A DNA stretch of 64,000 nucleotides, taken from positions 69,248 through 133,247 of the forward strand of contig JAHLWR010000003.1 of assembly GCA_019057815.1 (NCBI GenBank), written 5' to 3'. The translations under genes and the position numbers were made by a program. This DNA comes from Candidatus Heimdallarchaeota archaeon. GTDB taxonomy: Archaea > Asgardarchaeota > Heimdallarchaeia > Heimdallarchaeales > Heimdallarchaeaceae. This document shows, one piece after another, positions 36,705-47,415 of this stretch (the first letter of the stretch is position 1; each line of letters starts with the position of its first letter). The notes under the pieces were generated by a model. The model had not been told where the DNA came from, made no database searches, and worked only from the letters and a program-made list of their open reading frames with translations.

Positions 36705-38543
36705 ATGGGTATTTACAAAAATCACGCGAAAAAAGTTTCTGGGGAATTTTACACTCCTGAAATAGTTATTGAATATATGATTCAAAGGATCTTCAATTTA
36801 TTAGAAGATCAAGGAAGAATCACCATGTTTTCTTTTTCAAAATTCATTGATTCGCTTGAGAGAATAAGTTTTTGTGATCCTGCATTAGGCACTGGGAACT
36901 TCATTTTGGGTATTATGCAAAAAATCCGTAGATTAAGTGTTGATTTTCCAGATTATTCAGATAAAAAATACTCTTCTTTTATTAAGAAATTTGTAGGTAA
37001 CAATATTTTTGGTATAGAACTAAGTAGAAATTCACTACAAGTTTGCAAAAAAAGACTGAAAGAAAATCTTTCTCTACCGGAAGAATTCGAATTAAGGAAT
37101 TTAAAACTGGGAAATACACTGGTAGATGAAGATGCATTTGATATCCTTCAAATGGAGGAAACTTCAGTGTTAAAACCTTTTTCTTGGGAAAATTTTTCTG
37201 GAAATAACTCCAAATTTGATATAATTATCGGTAATCCTCCATACTTTAACCTAAAAAAAATGATTCTGTTAGATAATCAAGTAAGACTGTTATTTACATA
37301 TTTAAGAAAATCTAAATTCTGGAGAGGATATTATCGTTCATCTTCTGATATATACTATTATTTTCTCATCAAATCGCTCTTACACTTAAAAGAAAATGGT
37401 TTATTATCATTTATTTTGCCAAATTCTTGGATTGAGAATAAATATGCGGATAAATTAAGAGATTTCCTATTAAACTACGGAATAATTGAGATTGTTGATT
37501 TAGGTCCGATGTTGATATTTAAAGAAGAAGGAAGATGGCTCAATATTGAAAATAGTATTTTAACAGTACAAAACAAACCTGCTTTAGATACTTTCCAAAT
37601 AATAAAAAATGAAGAAATAAGAGTATTGAATCGAGACAAATTTATTGGAGAAATAATGAACAACTATAGCAGATTCAAAATAGCTCAAACAGCTCTTAAC
37701 AAAGAAAAATGGGTTCTTAGTCCAAATTTGTCACTTATTCGAGAAATAGAAAAAAACCCATCTGTTGTTCAATTAGGAGAAATTGCTACAGTAGCTCAAG
37801 GAATGTCACCTGGACTAAAATCGGTTTTCGTTCTTTCAGAAGACGAAGTAATAAAACATGAAATCGAAGAAGATGTGTTAGTACCATTCATTACAAATAA
37901 AAGTATAAAGAAATGGTTCTGCCAAGATTCAAAGAAAAAATGCATATTACCTTCAAAAGTAGAAGACATTAGTGAGTATGTAAACTGTTATAGGTACTTG
38001 ACTTCTTATGAAAAGGAATTACAAAGAGGTCCTGATAGACAAAGATTACTTAAAAAAGGTCTAATAAGGTTTTACGATTTCAGTGTTTACAGGAATCTAA
38101 ACTTGTTTCTTACAGCTAAAAAGAAAATAATCTGTCCTTATAGATCTTATAACAACAGATTTGCTGTTGATTTGAAAGGTTTATTTGGGGCAACAGATAT
38201 CTATGCTATTGTACCTGACGATGAGACTATGCTTTATTATCTCCTAGGCATATTAAACAGCACTATCTTTGAATTCTGGTATAAAGAAGCTGGAAAGCGT
38301 AAAGGGAAAATGCTTGAATTCTTTAGCCATCCTTTAAGAAAATCTCCTATCCCTTTAATTAATGAAAGAGAAGAGATTCAAGATCATGTGAAATCAATTG
38401 TGCAAATGTCAGCAAGGGAGAAGGGAAAAGAAACAACTGAAATTGTCAAGAAACAAGTAATTATTGATCAGCTTATTGTTGAAGGAATGGGAATTAAACA
38501 ATCAGATTTCAATAAAATACTGAAATTGAGTTCAAAATTATAA
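36705..38543 (+). CDS. N6-adenine DNA methyltransferase, gamma class (Eco57I/TaqI-like), with a C-terminal target-recognition region. No adjacent endonuclease.
   Basis: Motif X GEFYTPEIV, motif I DPALGTGNFILG, motif IV IIGNPPYF. 612 aa. Confidence 0.7.
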   Translation: MGIYKNHAKKVSGEFYTPEIVIEYMIQRIFNLLEDQGRITMFSFSKFIDSLERISFCDPALGTGNFILGIMQKIRRLSVDFPDYSDKKYSSFIKKFVGNNIFGIELSRNSLQVCKKRLKENLSLPEEFELRNLKLGNTLVDEDAFDILQMEETSVLKPFSWENFSGNNSKFDIIIGNPPYFNLKKMILLDNQVRLLFTYLRKSKFWRGYYRSSSDIYYYFLIKSLLHLKENGLLSFILPNSWIENKYADKLRDFLLNYGIIEIVDLGPMLIFKEEGRWLNIENSILTVQNKPALDTFQIIKNEEIRVLNRDKFIGEIMNNYSRFKIAQTALNKEKWVLSPNLSLIREIEKNPSVVQLGEIATVAQGMSPGLKSVFVLSEDEVIKHEIEEDVLVPFITNKSIKKWFCQDSKKKCILPSKVEDISEYVNCYRYLTSYEKELQRGPDRQRLLKKGLIRFYDFSVYRNLNLFLTAKKKIICPYRSYNNRFAVDLKGLFGATDIYAIVPDDETMLYYLLGILNSTIFEFWYKEAGKRKGKMLEFFSHPLRKSPIPLINEREEIQDHVKSIVQMSAREKGKETTEIVKKQVIIDQLIVEGMGIKQSDFNKILKLSSKL

Positions 38544-38558
38544 ACTGCTTTCAAGAAT

Positions 38559-39362
38559 TTATATGTAAGAACAATGGACACTCCATTCATCAAAACCAGC
38601 TAAATATAATTTTACTTTGTTATATCCTATTTCTTTAAGAATTAAATAAACAAGAGCAGATTGTGGAGCGCTTTCACAATAAACGACAATGTCTTTTTTT
38701 CTTGTAATTCCTTTGGATATTAAAGCATCTTCAATACACCTAAGAGCTTTTAAAATAAAATAATCGGGTAATTCTTCATACATATCCATCCACCAATATT
38801 GCAGGCTGTTTGGAATATTACTACCCATATTATCCATTTCAATTGCATAAATTGAACGGTTGTCAATAAATGTAAAATTACCAGTTTTTAATGAAATCAA
38901 TATTTCATCGCTAGTAATCATTATTTCTTCATTACAGCAATTTAGGTCAAAATCTCCTCTCACAATTTCATGAGTATTCGTTCCCATGGGTAAGTTCTCA
39001 TTTTCCCATTTGGCAAGCGCACCATCAATCAATTTAACGTTCAGAAAGTTGAAATAATGCAAAGACCACGTAGCCAGGGAGCAATTAAGGTTGAAGACAT
39101 CATCAACAAAAATGATTGTATTTTCTTTATTCACACCTTTTTCTTGTAAAGAGTTAACAACGTCTTTTCTATCGGGTAAAGTGTTAAAACCATCTTCATT
39201 TTTCCGAATAAAAACAGAAGAATCAATATGAACAGATCCAGGAATGTGGGCTTCTTCATACTTTTCTTTTAATCTTAAATCAATTATTTTGAAGTTCTTA
39301 TTATCAAGAATGCTAGCTACCCATTCAGTTGAAACGAAAGTTTGAATCTTCTCCTTACTCAT
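38559..39362 (-). CDS. Two-domain rhodanese-like sulfurtransferase.
   Basis: N-terminal rhodanese module IIDLRLKEKYEEAHIPGSVHID. Second module with active-site loop VVYCESAPQSA. Confidence 0.65.
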   Translation of the reverse strand: MSKEKIQTFVSTEWVASILDNKNFKIIDLRLKEKYEEAHIPGSVHIDSSVFIRKNEDGFNTLPDRKDVVNSLQEKGVNKENTIIFVDDVFNLNCSLATWSLHYFNFLNVKLIDGALAKWENENLPMGTNTHEIVRGDFDLNCCNEEIMITSDEILISLKTGNFTFIDNRSIYAIEMDNMGSNIPNSLQYWWMDMYEELPDYFILKALRCIEDALISKGITRKKDIVVYCESAPQSALVYLILKEIGYNKVKLYLAGFDEWSVHCSYI

Positions 39363-39407
39363 TCATTGTTGAGAAAAGTATTATCTATTAATAATTTTGT
39401 TGTAGTA

Positions 39408-40373
39408 CTACTCGTCTCGTTGTATGTTGGCTAAAGTTCCAGCAAATATTAGTGGGAGTGCTATAGTTATATCTGAGACAACTGTAACCATCTTAGATCT
39501 ACCTGATGTCTTACCCCACGATATAGATTCCGAAAGAGATGCTCCTGAAAGACCACCTGTTTCAACTCGATCCATGGTGATTTGAATGGCATATTCATAT
39601 GTTTTAGGGGACATAAGTCTAGACTGAAAAATGTAATTTTTAGGAACTCCTCCTCCCAAGAAAAATGTTCCAGCCTTATCTGAATCACACGCAATTTGTT
39701 GGATTTTACTCAAATCCCCCATTATATCGATAAATACTTTGTGAGTTTGTGAGAATAACCAGAGTTGTAATCCAAGAATACTATCGGAGAATGCAGGAAC
39801 AAAGATTGGTATCTTTTTTTCATAAGCAGCTTGAACAAAAGAATCTTCATCAGATATTTTACTTCCTATTATTTCAAGTAATTTGTAAGTAGTAAGAGAA
39901 AGTTGCTGGTTTTCACTTCTTTCGCCCCAGATCTCTTGAAAAATAGGTTGAAGACCATCTTCAAGTTTCATAAAGGATTCGTCAGAAACAAAAGCATCGT
40001 AGATTCTATCAATTGACTTTTCCCTTAATTCAGCATCTGAAGTGTAAGGCACTTTATGCATATGCCTTCCTCCAAAAGCTTCAATTAAATCATGAGTGAC
40101 ATTTGCTCCAGTAGAGACGATCACATTAACCATATCATTTCTGATTAAATCAACTAGAACTTTTCTCATACCACCAGGAACTAAAGCTCCTGCTATTCCA
40201 AGAAAAACTGTTGCCTTATTTTGGAGCATTTCAGTAAATACTTCAATTGCTTCTGCAATTCGTCCTGGACCAAAAACACCAGAAGATCTAAATTCAGATA
40301 GCAATTCCTCCACTGTTTGTCCGTTATTAACCTTGATATGATTTACTCGGGAATATTTATTATGGTTTTTCAT
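39408..40373 (-). CDS. dys: Deoxyhypusine synthase.
   Basis: 321 aa. GIAGALVPGGMRKVL...VSTGANVTHDLIEAFGG and GGGVPKNYIFQS are DHS family blocks. Confidence 0.85.
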   Translation of the reverse strand: MKNHNKYSRVNHIKVNNGQTVEELLSEFRSSGVFGPGRIAEAIEVFTEMLQNKATVFLGIAGALVPGGMRKVLVDLIRNDMVNVIVSTGANVTHDLIEAFGGRHMHKVPYTSDAELREKSIDRIYDAFVSDESFMKLEDGLQPIFQEIWGERSENQQLSLTTYKLLEIIGSKISDEDSFVQAAYEKKIPIFVPAFSDSILGLQLWLFSQTHKVFIDIMGDLSKIQQIACDSDKAGTFFLGGGVPKNYIFQSRLMSPKTYEYAIQITMDRVETGGLSGASLSESISWGKTSGRSKMVTVVSDITIALPLIFAGTLANIQRDE

Positions 40374-40452
40374 CGACTTCTAAGTCTAATATTCTAATCC
40401 ATTCTTTAGTTTTTTCACTGAACGGAATGTTTTCCAAACCATCCACAAAAAA

Positions 40453-40767
40453 TTATTTGTTTTCCTCTTCTTTTTGTGCAATAAGCAGTTCTATCTCTTT
40501 AGCTCGAAAAGGTGATTCATCTAATTCTGTATGATCAATAGGACAAATATATCGAATCTCATCTCCAATTTGAATTTTACCTAAAGGGAGATTGCAGATA
40601 TACATGCGTCCACATGCAGGGCAATAGAATGTAGAACGTGTTGCTTCTTCAAATAAATCTAAATCTTTATCTATAGCACAAACAGGGCATGGGAACATAC
40701 AAATTGTAGGGCGAAGAGATTCTTTTGGTGACAAAATTATACACCGTGATATTTTAACATAAAACAA
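40453..40767 (-). CDS. Small zinc-ribbon protein.
   Basis: CPVC...CPACGRMYIC...CPIDH. The start may be an internal Met. Confidence 0.3.
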   Translation of the reverse strand: MFYVKISRCIILSPKESLRPTICMFPCPVCAIDKDLDLFEEATRSTFYCPACGRMYICNLPLGKIQIGDEIRYICPIDHTELDESPFRAKEIELLIAQKEEENK

Positions 40768-40837
40768 TTAGAATATATTAATTTTGGCATTTAATTTCTT
40801 TATAAAATAGTTAAGACAACTAATTTTTTCTCTTATT

Positions 40838-41665
40838 TTATGCTTTGAACCACAATTTTAACTCTGGAAAATGGAACACTTCATTTTTTTCACCTAGAAC
40901 AAAGAATTCCATCAGATTAATGTTTACTTGCGTTCTTAAGATAGGGGATAATAATGATTTTTGATTCAAGGGTGTAATGGGTGTTCCTGCAGAATATACT
41001 GTATAAGCTGGCATTACAATGATTTTTGCGTCATAATTTATTAAAGGTCCAAGTAAGAATGAAGGCGCTTTCAATTTTTGAATTTTATTCACTTTCTGTT
41101 CAAAGACAGGGTGTTCATGACCTATTATCACATAATGAACTGAAGAAGGAAGATGTTCAGGTAATGGCTGATCACCATGAGTAAAGTAATAATTCTTAAA
41201 AACAAAAGACTCTGGATGGAAATGAACATTAGTATATTCTCTAGCTACCCAGTTAAGAAAAATGTCATGGTTTCCTTTAATTAAATGAATATCCTTAACT
41301 AGTTTGGAAACAGCTCCTACAAATTTCTTTACATCTCTATTTTCGATTTTTGAAGGTTCTTGAAAAGAATGTTTTACATCTCCATTAAGTACAAGCATAC
41401 AAGGTTTAATCTGTTTAATTAGTAGTTTTATTGTATTGATAACAGAATCTGTCTGATTATAAGGAGTAAAAGATCCATCCTCATTCATAATAGCTTCTAT
41501 TCCCAAATGTAAATCTGAAATTACAAGCGCATTAATATCCTCTAAAAATAAAACTGGTTGGGCATTTATTATACTAATCAACGAGGATATTTGGTATTTA
41601 GTGAACGATTTCATGTAATTCCTTTTTCCATATTTTTGAAGATAAGAAGCTGTTAACGTGTTCAA
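40838..41665 (-). CDS. Calcineurin-like metallophosphoesterase.
   Basis: ISDLHLG, NGDVKH, GNHD, GHEH metal-binding blocks. Confidence 0.65.
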   Translation of the reverse strand: MNTLTASYLQKYGKRNYMKSFTKYQISSLISIINAQPVLFLEDINALVISDLHLGIEAIMNEDGSFTPYNQTDSVINTIKLLIKQIKPCMLVLNGDVKHSFQEPSKIENRDVKKFVGAVSKLVKDIHLIKGNHDIFLNWVAREYTNVHFHPESFVFKNYYFTHGDQPLPEHLPSSVHYVIIGHEHPVFEQKVNKIQKLKAPSFLLGPLINYDAKIIVMPAYTVYSAGTPITPLNQKSLLSPILRTQVNINLMEFFVLGEKNEVFHFPELKLWFKA

Positions 41666-42460
41666 TTAATGCTTCTTCTTTTCCTTCAATAAACTTGTGG
41701 GAGTCATGTTCGAATAATTTGTGCTCACTGAGTGGATTTCCTACTAGATATCTTCTAGCATCTTTAGGGTCCGTAAAATCATCATTTGTACTTGACATAA
41801 CAAAAATAGGATAAGGCATGTTTCCTTCTTGTCCTCTAAAATCTACTACTCCTAAAGTTTCAATAGCTATTCTTCTTTGAACCCATGGATCATTATCATA
41901 GAACCTTTTTTCTGCATGCTTAACATCTTTTCGTTCTTTTTTATTTCTTGTAATTTTTAGCCAAAGAAAAACGATTTTTTGAAAGAAACTGAATAACCAA
42001 TCAGGAAACCATCCTATTCTCTTAAAAATGCCTGCTTCTCTATATTTTGGAGAAGGAGAGGCTAATAATAATGCAGCTGGTTCAGGTTTTTCACCTTCTA
42101 AAAAAACTGAATATTGATGTATCATAGCTACAGCTAAACTTGATCCAAAAATGGTAAATTTTTGACTCTGGAGATTCAATTCCTGAAAAATCTCTCTCAT
42201 CTCATTTGCATAAGAAACAATTATTAAATTCCCTTTACATGCAATTTGGAAGACTTTCCATATCCTCTAGGTTCATATAAAATAACATTATAATATTTTG
42301 AAAATGCTTGTGCTAGAGGGTAGCGCTCTTCTATAGTACCAAAAAATCCTGTAATTATTATAACAGTTTTATCTTTGCCTTCCTCGTTCTCAGTCTGAAG
42401 GTGAACATATCTAATGTTTATTTCGTTAAAGGAAGGAAGTGTTAGTGTCTGAAAATGCAT
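41598..42460 (-). pseudogene. Alpha/beta-hydrolase split by a frameshift into two ORFs (42224..42460 N-terminal part; 41598..42200 C-terminal part with the GxSxG elbow).
   Basis: The N-terminal ORF (IIITGFFGTIEERYPLAQAFSKYYNVILYEPRGYGKS) and the downstream ORF (FTIFGSSLA nucleophile elbow) are in different frames, 24 bp apart. Confidence 0.45.
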
Positions 42461-42585
42461 TTTCTATCAACAAATGATTTCTATTTCTGGTTTGTTGATA
42501 AATTTAAAAATTATTGTTTCGTACCAAATATTTGTTGAGACGAAGTAAGCTTTAAGAAATCAAACACAAAGTAATTTTGAAAGAT

Positions 42586-43845
42586 ATGACGATACGAAAA
42601 GAAATTCAAGAATTTCTATTAGAAGAGACGGTAAAGAGATTTCTAGTGTACGTTAAGATTCACACAACATCTTCAGAAGAATCAACTACTTATCCCAGTA
42701 CATCTTGTCAACTGGATTTAGGTAGTAAATTAAAGGAGGAATTGCTTGAGTTAGGTCTAGATAATGTTGTGCATGATGAGTTTGGTTATGTCTATGCTGA
42801 TTTATCTGCAAGCGAAAATCGTGAAAATGTTCAACCAATAGCGTTTATTGCTCATCTTGATACTTCTCCTGCTGCAGAAGGGAAAGATGTTAAACCAATA
42901 ATTCATGAAAACTATCAAGGGCAAGAAATCAAGTATCCTGAAGATCCTACTCTGTCTTTAAGTGTAAAAGATTCACCTGAGCTTGAATCATTTATTGGGA
43001 TGGACATCATTACTTCTTCAGGTGATACTCTTTTAGGAGCTGATGATAAAGCTGGAATAGCCGAGATTATGGCAGCTCTAAGAGCATGGAAGAAATTTCC
43101 TGAACTTAAGCATGGTAAGATAATTGTCTGTTTTACTCCTGATGAAGAAGTTGGTAAAGGTACAGCAAAAATCAATTTAGATCGATTACCTAAATTCTGT
43201 TACACTCTTGATGGTGGAGAAATGGGAGAATTAGAAACTGAATGTTTTGATGCATGGAAAGCAGAATTCGAATTTAAAGGCTTGAGTGTTCATCCAGGAT
43301 ATGCAAAAAACAAGATGATAAACGCTATTGATACCGCTTCAAGATTCTTTTCAGAAGTTCCAGAATATGAAACGCCAGAACACACTGAAAAAAGGGAGGG
43401 TTTTTATCATCTGTATAATCTTTCAGGTAGTGCAGAAGTAGCGAAAGCTGCAATGATTTTGAGAGATTTTGAAGAAAAAGAAAATAAGAGACGAATGGTA
43501 TTTCTAGAGTCTCTGAAAGAGACCTATGAAAAGCGATATATTGGGTTAAAAATAGATTTAAAATTATCTCACAGTTATGAAAATATGTCTGTGTATTTGG
43601 AACCATTTCCTGATGTTATAAAACATGCAGAAAAGGCTATAGAAGAAGTTGGTCTAGAAGTAAAACGAATAGGGATACGAGGAGGAACTGATGGTGCAAG
43701 ATTGTCAGCTAAAGGGATACCAACACCTAACATCTTTGCCGGTGGAATGCTGTTCCATTCACGAAAAGAATATATACCTGCCAAAGCTTTGCAAAAAGCT
43801 GCTGAAGTCGTGTTAATAATCGCAAAAAATTGGATAAGTAACTGA
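42586..43845 (+). CDS. pepT: Peptidase T (M20B tripeptidase).
   Basis: IAHLDTSPAAEGKDV, GADDKAGIAEIMAAL, FTPDEEVG. ATG at 42586 preferred over TTG at 42577. Confidence 0.8.
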   Translation: MTIRKEIQEFLLEETVKRFLVYVKIHTTSSEESTTYPSTSCQLDLGSKLKEELLELGLDNVVHDEFGYVYADLSASENRENVQPIAFIAHLDTSPAAEGKDVKPIIHENYQGQEIKYPEDPTLSLSVKDSPELESFIGMDIITSSGDTLLGADDKAGIAEIMAALRAWKKFPELKHGKIIVCFTPDEEVGKGTAKINLDRLPKFCYTLDGGEMGELETECFDAWKAEFEFKGLSVHPGYAKNKMINAIDTASRFFSEVPEYETPEHTEKREGFYHLYNLSGSAEVAKAAMILRDFEEKENKRRMVFLESLKETYEKRYIGLKIDLKLSHSYENMSVYLEPFPDVIKHAEKAIEEVGLEVKRIGIRGGTDGARLSAKGIPTPNIFAGGMLFHSRKEYIPAKALQKAAEVVLIIAKNWISN

Positions 43846-43878
43846 AATGTAGTGCAGAAAGTTAGAAAATACTTTTAT

Positions 43879-44547
43879 CTATTTATTTTTCCTTGTTCTC
43901 TCTTTTTCGAATAAAACAGAATACATCTTTTTACATGCAATACAACAGTTGCTTACTATTTCTTTCATTTTGTTTGCCATTATATATAAAGAGAACTCGT
44001 CTTTCAATGTTTGGGTTTCTTGCATCATGTATCTGAGCATCACACGATACAATTTTTGCGAACTAATATCAAGTTCAGTTAATTGGATTTTGTCAAGATG
44101 TTTTAAACTTGTAAACTGTGGTTGGATGATTCTGTTGAATAATGCTATTGAATCAGCTACTGTTTGATTAAGAGCATATAACACATCCATAAATGGTAGT
44201 TGCATTTCTATGTGTTTGTGAGATAATAGTGTGTTAAGATCAACCATTAAATTGGCAACAATTTTGAGATGATTAAAAACATAGTCATAAGATGGAACTA
44301 GGCTTGTGTATTCCTTTTCAGTCGGAATAATTACTATTGTTGAAATATCATCCAGAAAATTAATCACATTGATATACAACTGTTCGATCAGAATCCCTCT
44401 CTCTTCTATTCCTGGATGAAAGAGAAGAGAGTTTGTCAGCAATTCAGACATTCGTTCCAAAGTACTACCCACTAGCGTAGAACAATTTTGAAGTATTATA
44501 ATTATTTCTTCACTTGTACTCTTTTTAGGTGACATTATAGAACCCAA
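43879..44547 (-). CDS. Hypothetical all-alpha protein (possibly PhoU-like).
   Basis: 222 aa with no decisive motif. Confidence 0.25.
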   Translation of the reverse strand: MGSIMSPKKSTSEEIIIILQNCSTLVGSTLERMSELLTNSLLFHPGIEERGILIEQLYINVINFLDDISTIVIIPTEKEYTSLVPSYDYVFNHLKIVANLMVDLNTLLSHKHIEMQLPFMDVLYALNQTVADSIALFNRIIQPQFTSLKHLDKIQLTELDISSQKLYRVMLRYMMQETQTLKDEFSLYIMANKMKEIVSNCCIACKKMYSVLFEKERTRKNK

Positions 44548-44620
44548 ATAATAATATCTTCTATAAGTATAAAGATTTTTGTGTGATTTATTTCCACTGA
44601 ATAATCCCCTTTACAGCTGT

Positions 44621-45063
44621 TTATATGGGTATAATTTGGACAAATTCAAGAGTCTGAGCAAAGAGTCTGAAGTCTTCAGTATCGAAGATGTTCTTATGCT
44701 TCTTTCTATTGTAGCCAAATACGAATTTTGCTCCATTATAATTCTCGCAAAAAAATTGTAGGTGTTTGATCTTTTCTTCAGGTTCATCAACAAAAATAGC
44801 TTCTGCTCTAAATCTCTTAAAACCCTTGTAAACAAAAACAATTTTTTCTTTTTGAGCTCGGATATTTCTAACCCAATCAGCATTTTTACCTCGAGCTGAA
44901 TAAAGGGTAATAGTATTTGTGTAAAAAGAGTTATGGAGAGTTGGAGTTCTTCTTTTCTTTCCCGTTCTTCTTCCGATTGTTTCAATAACTAGCATACTTT
45001 TACCTATGCCAAATATTGGTAAAACATAAAACCGATACAGAAATATTATAACTCTGTTCATTC
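44621..45063 (-). CDS. Nitroreductase-family deazaflavin/FMN-dependent oxidoreductase (DUF385/PNPOx-like). Start set at the internal Met.
   Basis: GRRTGKKRRTPTLH...SARGKNADWVRNIRAQKE...FRAEAIFVDEPEEK matches the DUF385 pattern. The upstream 54 codons of the long ORF look non-coding. Confidence 0.45.
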
Positions 45064-45253
45064 TTTTTGTCTGTTTTCTAAAAGAGCTATTGCTAGCTCT
45101 ATGTTTAGAGACAATAGAGACAATAGAATTAGAAGAAGGGAATTCATTAGACATAATGTTACTTTTGTTTATCAATATATAAAATTTTGCAGAACTGAGC
45201 CTTAAAATCAAATAATTACACAAAAAATGAAAATAAATAGGAAAACTAGTTTT

Positions 45254-45772
45254 TTAGTTCTCTTCTGTGAAAAGTTTTCCTACTCTATCAGCCCATTTTT
45301 CGATTTTTTCCCAGTCACGATTATCTTTTTGGAATGTGGGTATCCTCTGTAAGATACGAAGAGTCCAGATTTTTGGTATTTGTGTTAAAGGTATTCTACC
45401 ACCAAAAGCTTCAGCGGCTATTGGATTTACATTAGAGTGTTTAGCAATTACATTTTCAAGAAAATTCTTCTTTGCGTAATCATATGTTTCTGTTTCTCCT
45501 GCGTAACTAGAAGAAATATAAACAGCTACTTTCTTACCAGTAAAATCGTTTTCGAGATATTTTTCAGTATTTTCAGTCCATTTACCATATTTGATACCAC
45601 TGCCGATAATTACATATTTGTAATCTGATAAATCGGGACAAGATCTGTAGTCTTTAAGATCCCATATATCGGATACAAGTTTGTGTTTTTTCTTCAATAC
45701 AGCTGCTATTGCTGCTGCAGTATCACCTGTAGCTCCATATCTTGTTCCAAATGCTATTAGTACGTCACTCAA
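45254..45772 (-). CDS. Flavodoxin-like FMN-binding protein.
   Basis: MSDVLIAFGTRYGATGDTAAAIA (flavodoxin T/SxTGxT loop). 172 aa. Confidence 0.65.
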   Translation of the reverse strand: MSDVLIAFGTRYGATGDTAAAIAAVLKKKHKLVSDIWDLKDYRSCPDLSDYKYVIIGSGIKYGKWTENTEKYLENDFTGKKVAVYISSSYAGETETYDYAKKNFLENVIAKHSNVNPIAAEAFGGRIPLTQIPKIWTLRILQRIPTFQKDNRDWEKIEKWADRVGKLFTEEN

Positions 45773-45889
45773 TTATTTCACCTTAATTGGGTATTCATCC
45801 ATTTTCTACTTCAACTAACGTGTTAGAGTTTATTAAATTTCTCAATAAACAAATTTTTAAATTATTTTTATAAAGAGATTTAGAACATC

Positions 45890-46417
45890 ATGCCATATCC
45901 AGTAAGACTTGTAGATTACAAATCTGAATGGTCTGCTCATTTTAAGAAAGAAAAGGATTTAATTATGGATATAGTCTGTGTCAAAAACATTGTAGTTGAG
46001 CATATAGGCAGTACATCTATTCCAGGAATAAAAGCTAAATCGACGATAGATATCTTAGTAGGTGTTCAAACGTTAGAGGAAGCAATGAAAATCATTCCAG
46101 ATCTTGAAAAGATAGGATATGAGTACTTTCCTGAGTATGAAGAGCGGATTCCAGAGAGAAGATATTTGAGTAAAGGCGAAAAAGGGAAAAGATCTCATCA
46201 TCTTCACATGTTTGATATCAAGAGCGATTTATGGAAAGAACATCTTCTTTTCAGAGAATATTTAAGAAAAAATAAAGAGAAAGCAAAGGAATATGAGAAA
46301 TTAAAAGTGAATTTCGCAAAAAAGTATCACTCAAATAAGGAAGAGTATACAAGAGCTAAGGGTCCTTTTATCGAAAAAATGATTAGAGAAGCAAAATCCC
46401 AGATTCCTTCACTTTGA
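45890..46417 (+). CDS. grpB: GrpB-family (UPF0157) nucleotidyltransferase-fold protein.
   Basis: HIGSTSIPGIKAKSTIDILVGV and HHLHMF motifs. 175 aa. Confidence 0.65.
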   Translation: MPYPVRLVDYKSEWSAHFKKEKDLIMDIVCVKNIVVEHIGSTSIPGIKAKSTIDILVGVQTLEEAMKIIPDLEKIGYEYFPEYEERIPERRYLSKGEKGKRSHHLHMFDIKSDLWKEHLLFREYLRKNKEKAKEYEKLKVNFAKKYHSNKEEYTRAKGPFIEKMIREAKSQIPSL

Positions 46418-46460
46418 TCAAGATTTTCTCTACCACTAACTACTTTTTTAACTACAAGGA
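46267..46460. repeat. Direct repeat, copy 1: the authentic 3' end of grpB (last ~150 bp of CDS) plus 45 bp downstream.
   Basis: About 194 bp, roughly 94% identical to 47708..47901. Confidence 0.85.
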
Positions 46461-46959
46461 TTTAAGATACGAATTCATGATTAATTGTACATTATATGTA
46501 TTTGCTGGAACAGATATGCTAGGTATTGAAACAAGTCTTCGTTTAAAATGCTCTCATTCAAGTCGTTTTCAACCCCATTACCAACTTTATTTCTTACTTG
46601 GTATAAATCGACACAAACTGCAATATTAATGTTTTCGAATAATCTTCTTCTAGACGCACTCTGATTATATATTACACATTTCTTAAATCTTAAATGAAAT
46701 CTCATCTAATTCAGACTTGTAGACGTTTTAACATAGTCTAGATATTTATTGTGTTTAAAACAGAGAGAGCGTGTTAATAATCGAATATAACCAAAAATAA
46801 AGCATTTTCCAAATTCTATTCACCAGAGTGAACATTTTGTTGATATATATCTTACAACTATAAATTCTATAGAAATAGTTAAAATATGCATATTTTTTAA
46901 CTAAGTTTAAAAGATACTTATCCTTTTTATTATTAGATTAAATATCTAGGAGAATAAAA

Positions 46960-47367
46960 ATGATTGAACGAGTTCATGAACATATTCTTGATGAATTAAA
47001 AACTAATACTAGAACAGACACAATTTTCATCATTACTGCTATCATTCTAAATATTGTTGCAGCAAGCATTAACGCTACAATTGCAGAAGGTTCAGATCTT
47101 TCAGATACACTAATCTTTGTTATATTTATTGTGTTAGTTCTCGTGATTAATACTGCTGTATTCTTTGGTTTAAATAGAGGAAAACAGACTCGACAGAAGT
47201 TGTTAGATGGTTTGATAAGATTATATAAAGATCAAGAAGTCAGTGGATATTATGATTCATCGATTCTAAGTTCATATAACTTTAGATATATTCTCTTCAC
47301 GATAGTTGTTTTAACTACTGGAATCGCAGCTTTAGCAATCTCCATAATTCTAAAAGTTTTGGCATAG
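46960..47367 (+). CDS. Hypothetical membrane protein (3 TM helices) inside the repeat-bounded insertion.
   Basis: 135 aa with no motifs. Confidence 0.3.
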   Translation: MIERVHEHILDELKTNTRTDTIFIITAIILNIVAASINATIAEGSDLSDTLIFVIFIVLVLVINTAVFFGLNRGKQTRQKLLDGLIRLYKDQEVSGYYDSSILSSYNFRYILFTIVVLTTGIAALAISIILKVLA

Positions 47368-47415
47368 TCAAAATTCATCAGAATTCAGTACAAGTTCTAG
47401 GGAATGATATTATAA

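Noticed and set aside
44611-44985. 124-aa minus-strand ORF
   Set aside because: Alternative frame overlapping the DUF385 nitroreductase-like gene. A low-complexity translation with no motifs.
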